From assembly GCA_963745025.1 (NCBI GenBank), contig CAVUWD010000020.1:32001-96000 (forward strand): 64,000 bases of DNA, in the 5' to 3' direction. The first letter of the stretch is position 1. Each line of letters opens with the position of its first letter. Positions 54,736-64,000 of this stretch are shown one piece after another. A program made the position numbers and the translations under genes. This stretch comes from an uncultured delta proteobacterium. GTDB lineage: Bacteria; Desulfobacterota; Binatia; JACPRU01. The notes beneath the pieces were generated by a model. That model was not told where the DNA came from, made no database searches, and saw only the letters and a program-made list of their open reading frames with translations.

Positions 54736-55427
54736 CAGCGTTTCCCGCGCTTCATCTGCTTGCGCTTGCTGCTCCGTCCAGCCCTCGACGCACCCGCTCG
54801 CGCCGTTCAGTTGTACGACCAGCGCGCCGGCCGGGACGTCGTGCCGTGACGGTGGTGCCGGCGCCGACGTAGACGTCGTCGCCGAGCGTGACCGGGCGCC
54901 ACGAGCTGCGTGTCGCTGCCGATCTGCACGCGCTCGCCGATGACGGTCGGATGCTTCTCGAAGCCGTCGTAGTTGCAGGTGATGGTGCCGGCGCCGACGT
55001 TGGTGTCGGGGCCGATCTCGCAGTCGCCGAGGTAGGTCAGGTGATTCGCCTTGGTGCCTTCGCCGATCACCGCCTTCTTGGTCTCGACGAAGTTGCCGAT
55101 GTGCACGCGCTCGGCGAGCGACGTCCCTGGCCGGAGGTGCGCGAACGGGCCGATCACCGCGTCGTTGCCGACCTTCGACTCCGAAATCACCACCGAGAAC
55201 TTCAGGTGCACGCGGTCGCCGAGCTCGGCATCACTCAGGTATGCGCTGCCGTCGATGCGGCAGTCCTTGCCGATCCGAGTCCGGCCGCGCAGCTGGGTAT
55301 TCGGCCCGATCGTCGTTCCCGTGCCGATCGCCACCCCCTCGTCAATGTACGTCGAGGCGGGATCCTCGAGGATGACCCGCGAATTCTGCCAACGGCGGGC
55401 TGCTCCCACACGCTTCTCTCTGCCCAT
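54735..55427 (-). CDS. glmU: GlmU C-terminal acetyltransferase (LbH) domain only; frameshifted near 3' end
   Basis: 'GPFAHLRPG', 'GNFVETK', 'HLTYLGD' and '[11 protein letters not shown]'; TGATG coupling to glmS; no N-terminal pyrophosphorylase domain. Confidence 0.8.
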
Positions 55428-55584
55428 GCTCCGGGCATTTCCGCTCCGGGAACCGAGATGTCAAGCAAGAGCATCACGGGAATTTCGCATCGGGGCTAAC
55501 GCGGCGGGGCGAGAAGCTGGCCGAGCAACAGCCGGCCAGTCGTGCTTCCAGTCGAACGACTGACCCGTGTCGCCGTAGTACGGA

Positions 55585-55986
55585 TCAGTAGGACGCGCCC
55601 GGCTGGTAGTAGGGATCGTAGGCGGTCGCGACATCCCCACCGTACCGGCACTTCGCCAGTTCGCGCTCGGCATTGCCTATGTCGTCCTTGTACCACTGCA
55701 TCGCCTTGCGATGGCGTCCGGTCGGCGCGATCTCGTTGATGTTCGAGCGGTCGAAGTTGATGCGGTCGATGATCTGCCTGCATTGACCGTAATTGCCGCC
55801 GTATCTCGCGCGCCCGTAGTAGCCGCCGTTGTCGTAGGGCGGGCGATCATAGTGGTCGCCATCGTATTGATTCCTGTGGCGCCAAACGCCGGCCCACGGG
55901 GGCGGGTCCGCGACGGCCCGCGGTACGAGCGACAGCGTAAGCCCGGCCGCAAAGACTCCCGACAGAAGCAATGGACGCCAGTTCAT
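55585..55986 (-). CDS. Hypothetical secreted Tyr/Gly-rich protein
   Basis: Signal peptide, two Cys, GGAG RBS. Confidence 0.7.
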   Translation of the reverse strand: MNWRPLLLSGVFAAGLTLSLVPRAVADPPPWAGVWRHRNQYDGDHYDRPPYDNGGYYGRARYGGNYGQCRQIIDRINFDRSNINEIAPTGRHRKAMQWYKDDIGNAERELAKCRYGGDVATAYDPYYQPGASY

Positions 55987-56069
55987 GGTTTTCCTCCGTT
56001 CTGGAGGCTTTAACCCGTCACTGGGTGCCCACGTTGCGGCCCGGCAAAAGCCCGCCCGGATGGCGAGAT

Positions 56070-56548
56070 TTACACGGCGAGCTTGCGGTACCCGCCGCGG
56101 AAAAACAGCAGCGGAGAAATGTCCTCCGCCTCGGCGGATTCGACCTCGCCGACATAGATGGTATGGTCGCCGGCGTCGTACGACTGAACGATCCTACAGT
56201 CGATATGACCCACCGCGTCGTCGAGGATCGCGCAGCCGATGTCGTTCTTGCGGTATCCGATGCCTTCGAACTTCTCGATGCCGCTGGTCGCGAAGCGGCG
56301 TGAGATCGTCTCCTGCTCTGTCGGACAGAATGTTGATCGCGAATACCTTGCTGCGGTCGAAATAGGGATAGGTATCGGCCTGTCTTGTCGACGCAGATCA
56401 GAATCAGCGGCGGAACCAGCGATACGGAGGTGACGGCGTTGGCGGTCAGGCCGAACGGCTGTCCCTGCTCGTCGCAGGTCGTGATCACGGTGACGCCGGT
56501 CGCGAAGTGACCCAGCACCCGGCGGAGCTCGTTCTTCTCGATTGGCAC
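56070..56548 (-). CDS. Flavin reductase family protein (frameshifted)
   Basis: 'LGHFATGVTVIT', 'SVSLVPPL' then 'AGDHTIYVGEV...PLLFFRGGY' in another frame. Confidence 0.85.
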
Positions 56549-56583
56549 GATCTCGCGCTCCTACCCCGGGGCGGATCCTTCGG

Positions 56584-57816
56584 TCAATCGCGGCTCGAAG
56601 CGGCGCTGCGCGGCAGCACCTCGCTTCGCTGCCTGGCGACCCCCGGTTGCGAACCGAGCGTCTCCGGGATGCCAACGCCGAGCGCGAGGGTCGCCAGGGC
56701 AAAGAGCCCGGCTGTCACGAACGCCGTTTCGAACCCAAATCGGGTGGCCAGAGCACCGAGCGTCACGGGCCCCAGCAGGAGACCGAGATCGCCAGCCATA
56801 CGATAGACTCCGATCACGGCGCCGAGCATCTCCCGGGAGGTCAGATCCGCGACCATGGCCGCGGGCGCCGGTGCGAGATAGCCGAGCGCGATGCCGAGAC
56901 CGGTGCTGACGACGAGCAGGTTGGCGAAGCCCGGCGACCAGGCAAACCCGAAGCAACAGAGGGCCGTGGCCGCGAGCGTCGGCAGTACGATCCGCTGCCG
57001 GCCACGCCGGTCGAGGAGCGCCCCTGCATGCCAGAGCACCGCGAAGTTGGCGAACGCGGAGGCCGAGAGGATGATGCCGATGGCCGATTCGCCGAGCCCG
57101 CCGCGCTCGCCACCGAACAGCGGAATCAAGTTGCTACGGGCGCCGGCTCGAACCGAGAAGACGTAGAACGTGAGGAGCAGGATGTAGAGAAACGTCCGGC
57201 TGCTGACGTGACGCGCGACCTCCGCGAGCGGCGGCCGAGCGATCGACGCTTCGTGCTGGGCACGAACCTCGTTCGTCACCAAGGCCCAGGTGAGCCCGGC
57301 GACGATCAGGCCGAAGGCCGCCATCACGTAGAAGGGCGCCCGCAGGCCCCAGATCTCGGCGACGATTCCGCCGATCGTCGGGCCGAAGGAGACCCCGAGC
57401 AGGATCATACTCTGGTAGAAGCCCATCGCCTTGCCCATCTCCTCGGCGCCGACCGTGCGCGCGAAGAGCGCCATGATCGTGATCACGTAAAACGCCGAGC
57501 CGACGCCTTCGATCACGCGGTAGCCGACGAGCCAAGAAAAGCTCGTCGCTCGAGCGCACAGGAACGCGGAGACGGCGGTGATCACGGCCCCGGCGGTAGT
57601 GAGGAGGCGCGGGCTCACGCGATCGGCGAGCGCTCCGCCGACGTAGTCGAAGGCGAGCCGCCCGGCGGCGAAGGACGAGACGAGAAGACCCGCGCCGGCA
57701 TAGTCGACGCCGAACTCGCGCGCGTAGAGCGGCAGGACGGGCGAGATGATGCTGGAGCCGAGCATGATGACGAGGGAGGTCGCCGAGAGCAGTATCACCT
57801 GTCGGTCGAGCCCCAT
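56584..57816 (-). CDS. MFS transporter
   Basis: About 12 TM helices with 'GALADR' and 'GALLDRRGR' motifs. Confidence 0.9.
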   Translation of the reverse strand: MGLDRQVILLSATSLVIMLGSSIISPVLPLYAREFGVDYAGAGLLVSSFAAGRLAFDYVGGALADRVSPRLLTTAGAVITAVSAFLCARATSFSWLVGYRVIEGVGSAFYVITIMALFARTVGAEEMGKAMGFYQSMILLGVSFGPTIGGIVAEIWGLRAPFYVMAAFGLIVAGLTWALVTNEVRAQHEASIARPPLAEVARHVSSRTFLYILLLTFYVFSVRAGARSNLIPLFGGERGGLGESAIGIILSASAFANFAVLWHAGALLDRRGRQRIVLPTLAATALCCFGFAWSPGFANLLVVSTGLGIALGYLAPAPAAMVADLTSREMLGAVIGVYRMAGDLGLLLGPVTLGALATRFGFETAFVTAGLFALATLALGVGIPETLGSQPGVARQRSEVLPRSAASSRD

Positions 57817-57979
57817 CGTCGATGCGCGTAGCCACCGGCGTACGACCATGCGGAGCAGCTTAGCGGAAAAGCGCGGCCGACCGGAGCGATTCGCTGCGGC
57901 GGTTGCAGCGGGACACACGCGGGATCCGACCGATCGGCTTGCTTTGACCTGCCCCTTCATTGGAAGATGTCGCAGACCG

Positions 57980-58624
57980 ATGAGGCGGACTGCGAGGAGA
58001 GCGCCCCCAGCGGCATTGTGGCTCGTGGCTTCGCTCTGGCTCTCCGCCTGCGGCTCGGCACCCGTGTCACGATACGAGCCCCCGTTCTCCCGCGTGCGCG
58101 CCGACGAGATCTCGCCGCGGCGCGACGCGAGCATCGACGAGTTCCTGCCGTGGGCCGAGGAGCAGAGTGAGATGATCGTCGTCGACAAGACCGCCCGCAA
58201 GCTCGTTCTCTATCGGTACGGCAAGCCGGTGAAGAGCTACGCGGTCGTGCTCGGGCGTAACGCCGGGCGAAAGGTCGTCGAGGGCGACCGCCGCACTCCC
58301 TCCGGCCTCTACCGGATCACCGCCAAGCGCGTGCATGCCAAGTACCATCGATTCCTGGCGATCGATTACCCGAACGGTAGCGTCGTCAAGCCGGACCGCA
58401 CGGCGATCGGCAGTGCGCCGATTCGCGCCGTGCTGGGGCAAGGCTCGCGCCGCGGGCCCGGCGGCCAGATCGGCATTCACGGCTCGGACGAGGAAGAGCT
58501 CAACCGCCTCGGCATCGACTGGACATTCGGCTGTGTGTCGCTCGCCAACCGCGACATCGAGGATCTTTACCAGGAGGTCGACGAAGGGACCTTGGTGGCG
58601 ATCATCGACGATCAGCAGCCCTGA
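57980..58624 (+). CDS. L,D-transpeptidase (YkuD) family lipoprotein
   Basis: Lipobox LSAC, 'EGDRRTPSG' and 'IGIHG...WTFGCVSL'. Confidence 0.9.
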   Translation: MRRTARRAPPAALWLVASLWLSACGSAPVSRYEPPFSRVRADEISPRRDASIDEFLPWAEEQSEMIVVDKTARKLVLYRYGKPVKSYAVVLGRNAGRKVVEGDRRTPSGLYRITAKRVHAKYHRFLAIDYPNGSVVKPDRTAIGSAPIRAVLGQGSRRGPGGQIGIHGSDEEELNRLGIDWTFGCVSLANRDIEDLYQEVDEGTLVAIIDDQQP

Positions 58625-59738
58625 GTGTGATTCCGCGCGAGCCTGGCGAATCGCGCGAGCGCGCGCTCGCGGCCGAGCTGGGCGAGGTGCCCGCCGGCAA
58701 ACCACTCGATCGGTGCCTGCCAGTGAGCGGCGAGCGCGGCGGGGTGCTCCGGCGGCACGATGCGGTCGGCCTCGCCCGCGATGACGAGTCGCCGCCCCGC
58801 GGGCACCCGCGGGCGATGGCCGAGCGGGCAGTGTGGGGAGAACAAGCGACGCAATAGCGCGAGATCGATGCCGGCCGCGCGCGCGTCGGCGTGCTCGCCT
58901 CTTCTTCCTGCGCGTTCCCAAAGGATATCGGCGAAGGAGGCGACCGGAATGATGGGCGCCGCGAAGTCGAGATCCGGCTCGAGCGAAGCGAACAGAGCCG
59001 TCACGTAGCCGCCGAGGCTCATCCCGGTCACGCCGACCGACGGTGCCCCTTCGGCCCGCAGCCAGGCGGCCAAACGGCGAAGATCGGACACTGCCTGAAC
59101 GAACGCCTCGATCGTGCGTACTGGATCGTTGAGGAGGAGTTGGCCGGACGAGGTTCCCTGCGGCGCCCGCGCGCCGTGGTAGGGGAGAGTCGCGAGCACG
59201 ACATCGAATCCGAGGGAGTGGAAGAGGCGTCGCACCCCGAAGGCGCGCCCGTCGAGAACCGGAAAGCCGCCGCGGTACCCGTGGATACAGATGATCACTG
59301 GCCGACGCCGACCGACCCGTCGCCAGAGATAGGCGCGAGCCAACCGGTTTCGTCCGCTGGGGTCGCGAGCCGCAGTGCCGAACTCCTCTGGAAAGATTCG
59401 TTGCGGCCGGCTCTCGAAGCGGAGCGACTCGCAAACGGGCAGGCCGAGAAATCGTCGTGCCTTGCGCTCCACCGCGGGAACATCGACGGGCTGCGCGAAC
59501 AGGACCGCGGGATTCTCGAGAGCGCCGCGGCTTTCGAGGAAGTCGATTGCGCGCCGATAGCGCTCGGCGCGCTCGCGGATGCGCTGCGGTGGAGATCGTC
59601 CGATCCGCCAGGCCTCGTAGCGGAGCGAAGCTCTCGTCGACCGCAGCGCCCGACCTCGAATTGCAGACGCCCGACGAGGCTTTGCGGCGCCGACCGCGCG
59701 GGCGGCACGTCGAGCAACCGATACGGATTCACATTCAC
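58612..59738 (-). CDS. Alpha/beta hydrolase (probable frameshift near 59640)
   Basis: 'TLPYHGAR', nucleophile 'GMSLGG', 'DRIVP' and 'GGHL'. Confidence 0.8.
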
Positions 59739-59963
59739 GACGGCCGCAGCCTAGCACTTCTCCGGGGTTGATCCACTGCGTCAAAACGCGGTGACCAGAT
59801 CTACTCCGAGGGCACAGTTTGGCTGGAGCCTCGTTCTCACAGGCGAGCCGGGTGCCTGCCGGGTGGTTGCGCCACGAGCACGGAACGGCGTACGAGCTTC
59901 TCGTCGCGCTCAAACGAACGATTGAGCGCATGGCATCATGAATCCGGAGGTACTGCCCGAAGC

Positions 59964-61433
59964 ATGACAAGATCGAAGTTCGTGCTGGCGATCGACGAGG
60001 GCACGACCGGAGTGCGCGCCCTTCTGTTCGACGAGAACGGGCGGGTGGCCGGCCGCGACTATCGCGAGGTGGGCGCGAGCTATCCTCGCGCCGGCTGGGT
60101 CGAGCAAGATGCGCAGTCGATCTGGGAGCGCACGGTCGAGGTGGCGAGGTCCGCGCTCGCGGGAGCGGGCGCCGCCGGCCGAGACCTCGCTGCGATCGGC
60201 GTCACCGGCCAGCGCTCGACGGCGGTCGCCTGGAGCCGCACGACCGGCCACCCGCTGCATGCGGCGCTCAGCTGGCAGGACCTGCGCACCACCGAGCGCT
60301 GCGCCGAGCTGGCTGCGCAGGGTCACATCGCCGAGCCGCTCACGGCGGCCACCAAGCTCGAATGGATGATGCGCAACGTGGAGGCGGTGCGCGCCGGCGT
60401 CGAATGCGGGGATGCGCTGCTCGGAACGCTCGAGTCGTGGCTCCTGTGGAAGCTGTCGCACGGGGCGGTTCACGTCACCGACGCGTCCTTCGCCTCGGCG
60501 ACCTGCCTCTTCGATTTCTTCGGAACGGGTTGGAGCGAAGCGTTGCTCGGAGTTCTCGGCCTACCCGAACGAGCGCTACCGGAGATCCGCCGGTCGAGCG
60601 AGCGCTACGGCGAGACGGAGGCGGGGCTCTTCGGCGCCGCCGTGCCGATCGCCGGACTTGCCGGCGATCAGCAGGCGGCGATGTTCGGGCAGCTCTGCGT
60701 CGATCCGGGAACGGTCAAGATCAGCTACGGCACCTCGGCGATGGCCGACTTGAATGCCGGAACCTCGCTGCAGTTCTCCTCGAACGGCGCCTTTCCGATG
60801 GTGCTCTGGAAGCTCGGCGAAGAGCTTCACTATTGCCTCGAAGGCGTCGCGATCACGGCCGGAGCGGCGATTCAATGGCTGCGAGACGGGCTCGGGATCG
60901 TTGACTCGGTCGGCGACACCGACGCGGTCGCCCGCCAGGTACCCGACAGCGGCGGCGTCTGGGCCGTGCCGGCGTTCCAGGGCCTCGGCACGCCGCACCT
61001 CGATCGCGCCGCGCGCGCCACGGTCGGCGGCCTCTCGCGCGGATCGACCCGGGCACACGTCGTGCGCGCCGTGCTCGAAGGCGTCGCGCTGCGCTGCGCG
61101 GAGGTCTTCGACGCGCTCGCGGCCGACTCGCCGTCGGGTCGACCGACCGTTCTCCGCGTCGATGGCGGTGCGGCGCAAAACGACTTCCTGCTGCAGTTCC
61201 AGAGCGACATTCTAGGCATTCCCGTCGAGCGTCCAGCGACGCTCGAAGCCGCGGCCAGCGGCGCGGCTTATCTCGCGGGCCTCGCCGTCGGCTTCTGGCC
61301 GGACGTCGAGTCGCTCCAGAAGATCTGGCGGCTCGGCGCCCGTTTCGAGCCGAGGATGTCGGCAGCGGAGCGCGAGGATCGTCGCCAGAGCTTCCACAAG
61401 CGGGTCGCCGCCGTGCGCGAGATCGCGAGCTGA
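59964..61433 (+). CDS. glpK: Glycerol kinase / FGGY carbohydrate kinase
   Basis: 'AIDEGTT', 'GWVEQD', 'GDQQAA', 'SYGT' and 'LRVDGG'. Confidence 0.8.
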   Translation: MTRSKFVLAIDEGTTGVRALLFDENGRVAGRDYREVGASYPRAGWVEQDAQSIWERTVEVARSALAGAGAAGRDLAAIGVTGQRSTAVAWSRTTGHPLHAALSWQDLRTTERCAELAAQGHIAEPLTAATKLEWMMRNVEAVRAGVECGDALLGTLESWLLWKLSHGAVHVTDASFASATCLFDFFGTGWSEALLGVLGLPERALPEIRRSSERYGETEAGLFGAAVPIAGLAGDQQAAMFGQLCVDPGTVKISYGTSAMADLNAGTSLQFSSNGAFPMVLWKLGEELHYCLEGVAITAGAAIQWLRDGLGIVDSVGDTDAVARQVPDSGGVWAVPAFQGLGTPHLDRAARATVGGLSRGSTRAHVVRAVLEGVALRCAEVFDALAADSPSGRPTVLRVDGGAAQNDFLLQFQSDILGIPVERPATLEAAASGAAYLAGLAVGFWPDVESLQKIWRLGARFEPRMSAAEREDRRQSFHKRVAAVREIAS

Positions 61434-61479
61434 ACGCCTAGCAGCGAGGGGATGGCGTGCCATACGCGCGCCTTCTCGG

Positions 61480-61598
61480 GCTGGCCGTCCACCGGGAAGA
61501 TCCAAGGTGCCGCTCCGCTCGCGGAGAAGCAGCACGGCGCCCCGTTCGTCGAACACGAGCCCTTTGATGGTCACGTGGAAGCCTTGGGGATCGTCCAT
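61480..61598 (-). pseudogene. Truncated NUDIX hydrolase N-terminus
   Basis: 'VTIKGLVFDERGAVLLLRE...DLPGGR' stops resembling NUDIX exactly at the start of the Nudix box. Confidence 0.5.
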
Positions 61599-61624
61599 GT
61601 CGGCGTTTCACTAGCGAGCCCGTA

Positions 61625-63010
61625 TCAGTTCCACAATCGCTCCCACCAGTTCTCCGCTCCCGCCTCGCCGAGGTCCATCTTCTTGCGGATCTCCTCGAGC
61701 GGCCAGCCGGTGAGCGAGGCGAGCGTCGACGCCTCCTGCTCGCGGCGTCTTGCGAGCTCGTCGAAGTAGCTCTTCGCGGCCGAGCACTCGTCGCGACTGC
61801 CGTTCCAGGCGTGACGCAGCACGTAGCGGCCCTGGAAGTTCTCGCTGTCCGAGGTCTCCTGGAGGACGAGGTCTTCCGGGAAGGTATCGGGCGAATAGCG
61901 CACGTGGAGGCGCGTCACCATCACTGGCAGCGGGCCGCCGGGGAACGGAGCCGGTCGCGGTGGTGCGAATCCTGGCCGCAGTGGACCGGAATCTCGGTCG
62001 AGCCAGAACACGCCGAGCTTGCGCAGCTCCTCGTGCGACAGCGGCTCCGCCGCGCAGGGATCACACCAGCCCATGTTCCAGAAATATTCCGTGTAGACCG
62101 CGCGCATTTTCTCCGCCTTCACCTGGGTGTCGAACATCGACTGGTAGAAGCGCGCGAAGTCGTCCTTCACGTACTCGGGCACGTCCATGCCCGTCGGCAG
62201 CTTTACCGTACGGTAGTTCGTCGTCTCGACGCGACCGCCGCGCGTGAGCACGTAGACGAGGAGGTCCTGCGAGCCCTGCGCGTTCACCATGCCGAGACGA
62301 ATCGGCAGCATGAACTTCGGCGACTCGAACGCGATCTGGAGCGGGTCGCAGATAGCGGAGGCCGGTCGCCGTCTGCTCCTTCAGGTTCACCTTGGCGACG
62401 AAGAACTTCATGCCCTGCTGGAGGTAGGGGTGGAGGGCTCGGCTGGCGCCCTTCGGGATCCGGTAGCCGTTCTCGGTGAGCCACGTCTCGAGCCCGTCGC
62501 GACTGCTTCGCCGAGAGGATCAGGATGTCGTACTCGCCGACCGTGTACTCGGCCTCGATCGTGCACGCCGAGCGACTTGGCACGCTCTGCGGCCTCCTTT
62601 CGCATCATTTGCGGCGCAGCCGCCAGCGGCGCCATCCGGTCGTACGCGATTCGCTGGCAGGGATCTTCGTCGTGAGTATTCGACGAGGCGCGGCGCGCTG
62701 TACGCGTCGAGGTGCTCGAAGAGCTCGCGGTCACCGATGTGGACCTGGCTCTTCTCGAGGACGACCGGCACCGGAACGACCAGCGCGAACTCCGTCGAGC
62801 TCGCCCTGGTAGTCGTTCATCATGCTGATCACGCGTGCGGTCGCCGTCTCGCACCAGCACGACCTGCGAGGCCTGGTTGTACAGGGTCGCATCCGCCTTG
62901 CCGACGTAGAAGCCGCAGAACGCTCCGGCGTCACGCGGCGCGGCCAGCCAGCCGAGCACCGCGAGCGCCAGGGCCGGCAGCGGGGCAAAGTGAAATCTCC
63001 GTCGTTTCAT
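61625..63010 (-). CDS. DUF2330 domain secreted protein (multiple frameshifts at 62300-62900)
   Basis: 'AFCGFYV', 'YSAPRLVEY', 'VGEYDILILSA', 'MKFFVAKVN', 'MLPIRLG' and 'TRLHVRY' across frames. Confidence 0.85.
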
Positions 63011-63842
63011 TTGAGCCTCCTTGGCTGGTCCATTGGTATTTCGTGGCGGGCCAGAGGGTGTCCCAGAGCGGCACCGCGGGCGCGGCGAAAAAGAGCGCCC
63101 AGAGAAGCGAATTCGGCCGATAGAGCGCGAACTGCCAGACGTACGCGAGTGCGGCGACCAGCGCGGCGTGCGCGATGCGGCCCCGCGGGTGATTGGGGAT
63201 CGTCATAGGATCCGAGATCATGAAAAACGCGAACAGCAGCAGCGCGCCGCTCTCGAGCTGGTGAACCCATACGGCTCCGCGCTGACCGAGCCAGAGGACA
63301 CGCAGCGCCGCCGCGCCGAGGTGGAATCCGAGAAACGCGAGGCTCACGTCTGCACGCCGCGCGCGGTGGACGACCAGGCCGCCGAGCGCGACGAGCCAAG
63401 CGGCGAACACGAAATCATCTCCCCACTGTGCGGGTGAGACCCAGGCCCCGGGCAGCACGACGAGCGCAAAGAGGACGCCGAGATTTCCCGGGTTGAAGAG
63501 GTGCTTGCCGCGCGCTCGCACGACGAACTTCGCACCGATTGCGACGCTTGCGGCGATCGGATGGGCCCAGAGGTTGTCGGCCCGAAGCAGCAGAGACAGA
63601 CTGAGCGCCGTGATCACCGCGCTGCGCAGGCTCGACCGTGTCGCGCCGTGCAGCCGCTCGCCGAGGCGCTGCGTGAGGATCGCCGCGGCGAACGCAAGGG
63701 CGCCCTGCTCGGGACGGATCGCAAAGTCGCGGAGCCACGCGCCGGCGGCGAGCAGGATGCCGAGGAACGAAATCTGAAATAGTCGCGGATCACTCGGAAG
63801 AGCGAGGGATCGGGTCGGCGGCACTGTGTTCGCTTCGGTCAC
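62931..63842 (-). CDS. RnfD/NqrB-like membrane protein
   Basis: 'DPRLFQI', 'KHLFNP', 'WVSPAQWG' and 'FFMISDPMT'; stands alone next to DUF2330. Confidence 0.8.
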   Translation of the reverse strand: MTEANTVPPTRSLALPSDPRLFQISFLGILLAAGAWLRDFAIRPEQGALAFAAAILTQRLGERLHGATRSSLRSAVITALSLSLLLRADNLWAHPIAASVAIGAKFVVRARGKHLFNPGNLGVLFALVVLPGAWVSPAQWGDDFVFAAWLVALGGLVVHRARRADVSLAFLGFHLGAAALRVLWLGQRGAVWVHQLESGALLLFAFFMISDPMTIPNHPRGRIAHAALVAALAYVWQFALYRPNSLLWALFFAAPAVPLWDTLWPATKYQWTSQGGSNETTEISLCPAAGPGARGARLAGRAA

Positions 63843-64000
63843 GTCTCGGTCCTCGCAGGGGAGAACGCGTGGCCGGGCGCCGCTTGCGATCTTTTTCGGG
63901 AAGCGCCGGAAGAGGCGCGCGAATCAGAGCTTGGACCAGCTCTGGCCGCCGTCTTTGGTGGAGAATCGTTCGCCGCTGGCGGTCCGTACGGTCGCGTTCG

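Noticed and set aside
54736-54900. glmS ribozyme
   Set aside because: The glmS start overlaps the upstream gene's stop (TGATG); there is no leader.

Overview
A GC-rich, mostly housekeeping bacterial chromosome segment. Gene content and order suggest a Deltaproteobacteria-like lineage such as Ca. Binatota; this is an inference. Recognisable blocks are: metal ABC transporter, a paired acyl-CoA dehydrogenase, glgA, dprA-topA-trmFO-glnE-ilvE, fbp, rimP-nusA-ylxR-infB-DUF503-rbfA-truB, rny-ymdB-tyrS, a DUF58/vWA cluster, gloB, dsbD, ribB(X), tpx-egtB, a truncated glmU-glmS, glpK and an RnfD-like/DUF2330 pair. No tRNA, rRNA, CRISPR array, transposase or integrase was seen. The most unusual signals are non-coding. 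(1) Two dispersed copies (about 13.5 kb and 49.2 kb) of a ~165-nt symmetric multi-hairpin element: all four 17-bp stems differ in sequence yet pair perfectly, around GCGAAGC mini-hairpins and a conserved ATAGACCAA core. (2) Eight clustered copies of a palindromic heptamer (GGCTACC)n-core-(GGTAGCC)n element placed just after stop codons. (3) A long structured leader before rny. (4) A palindromic in-frame insert in rimP. Two stretches (about 52.9-54.9 kb and 62.3-62.9 kb) are dense in frameshifts and look like consensus errors.
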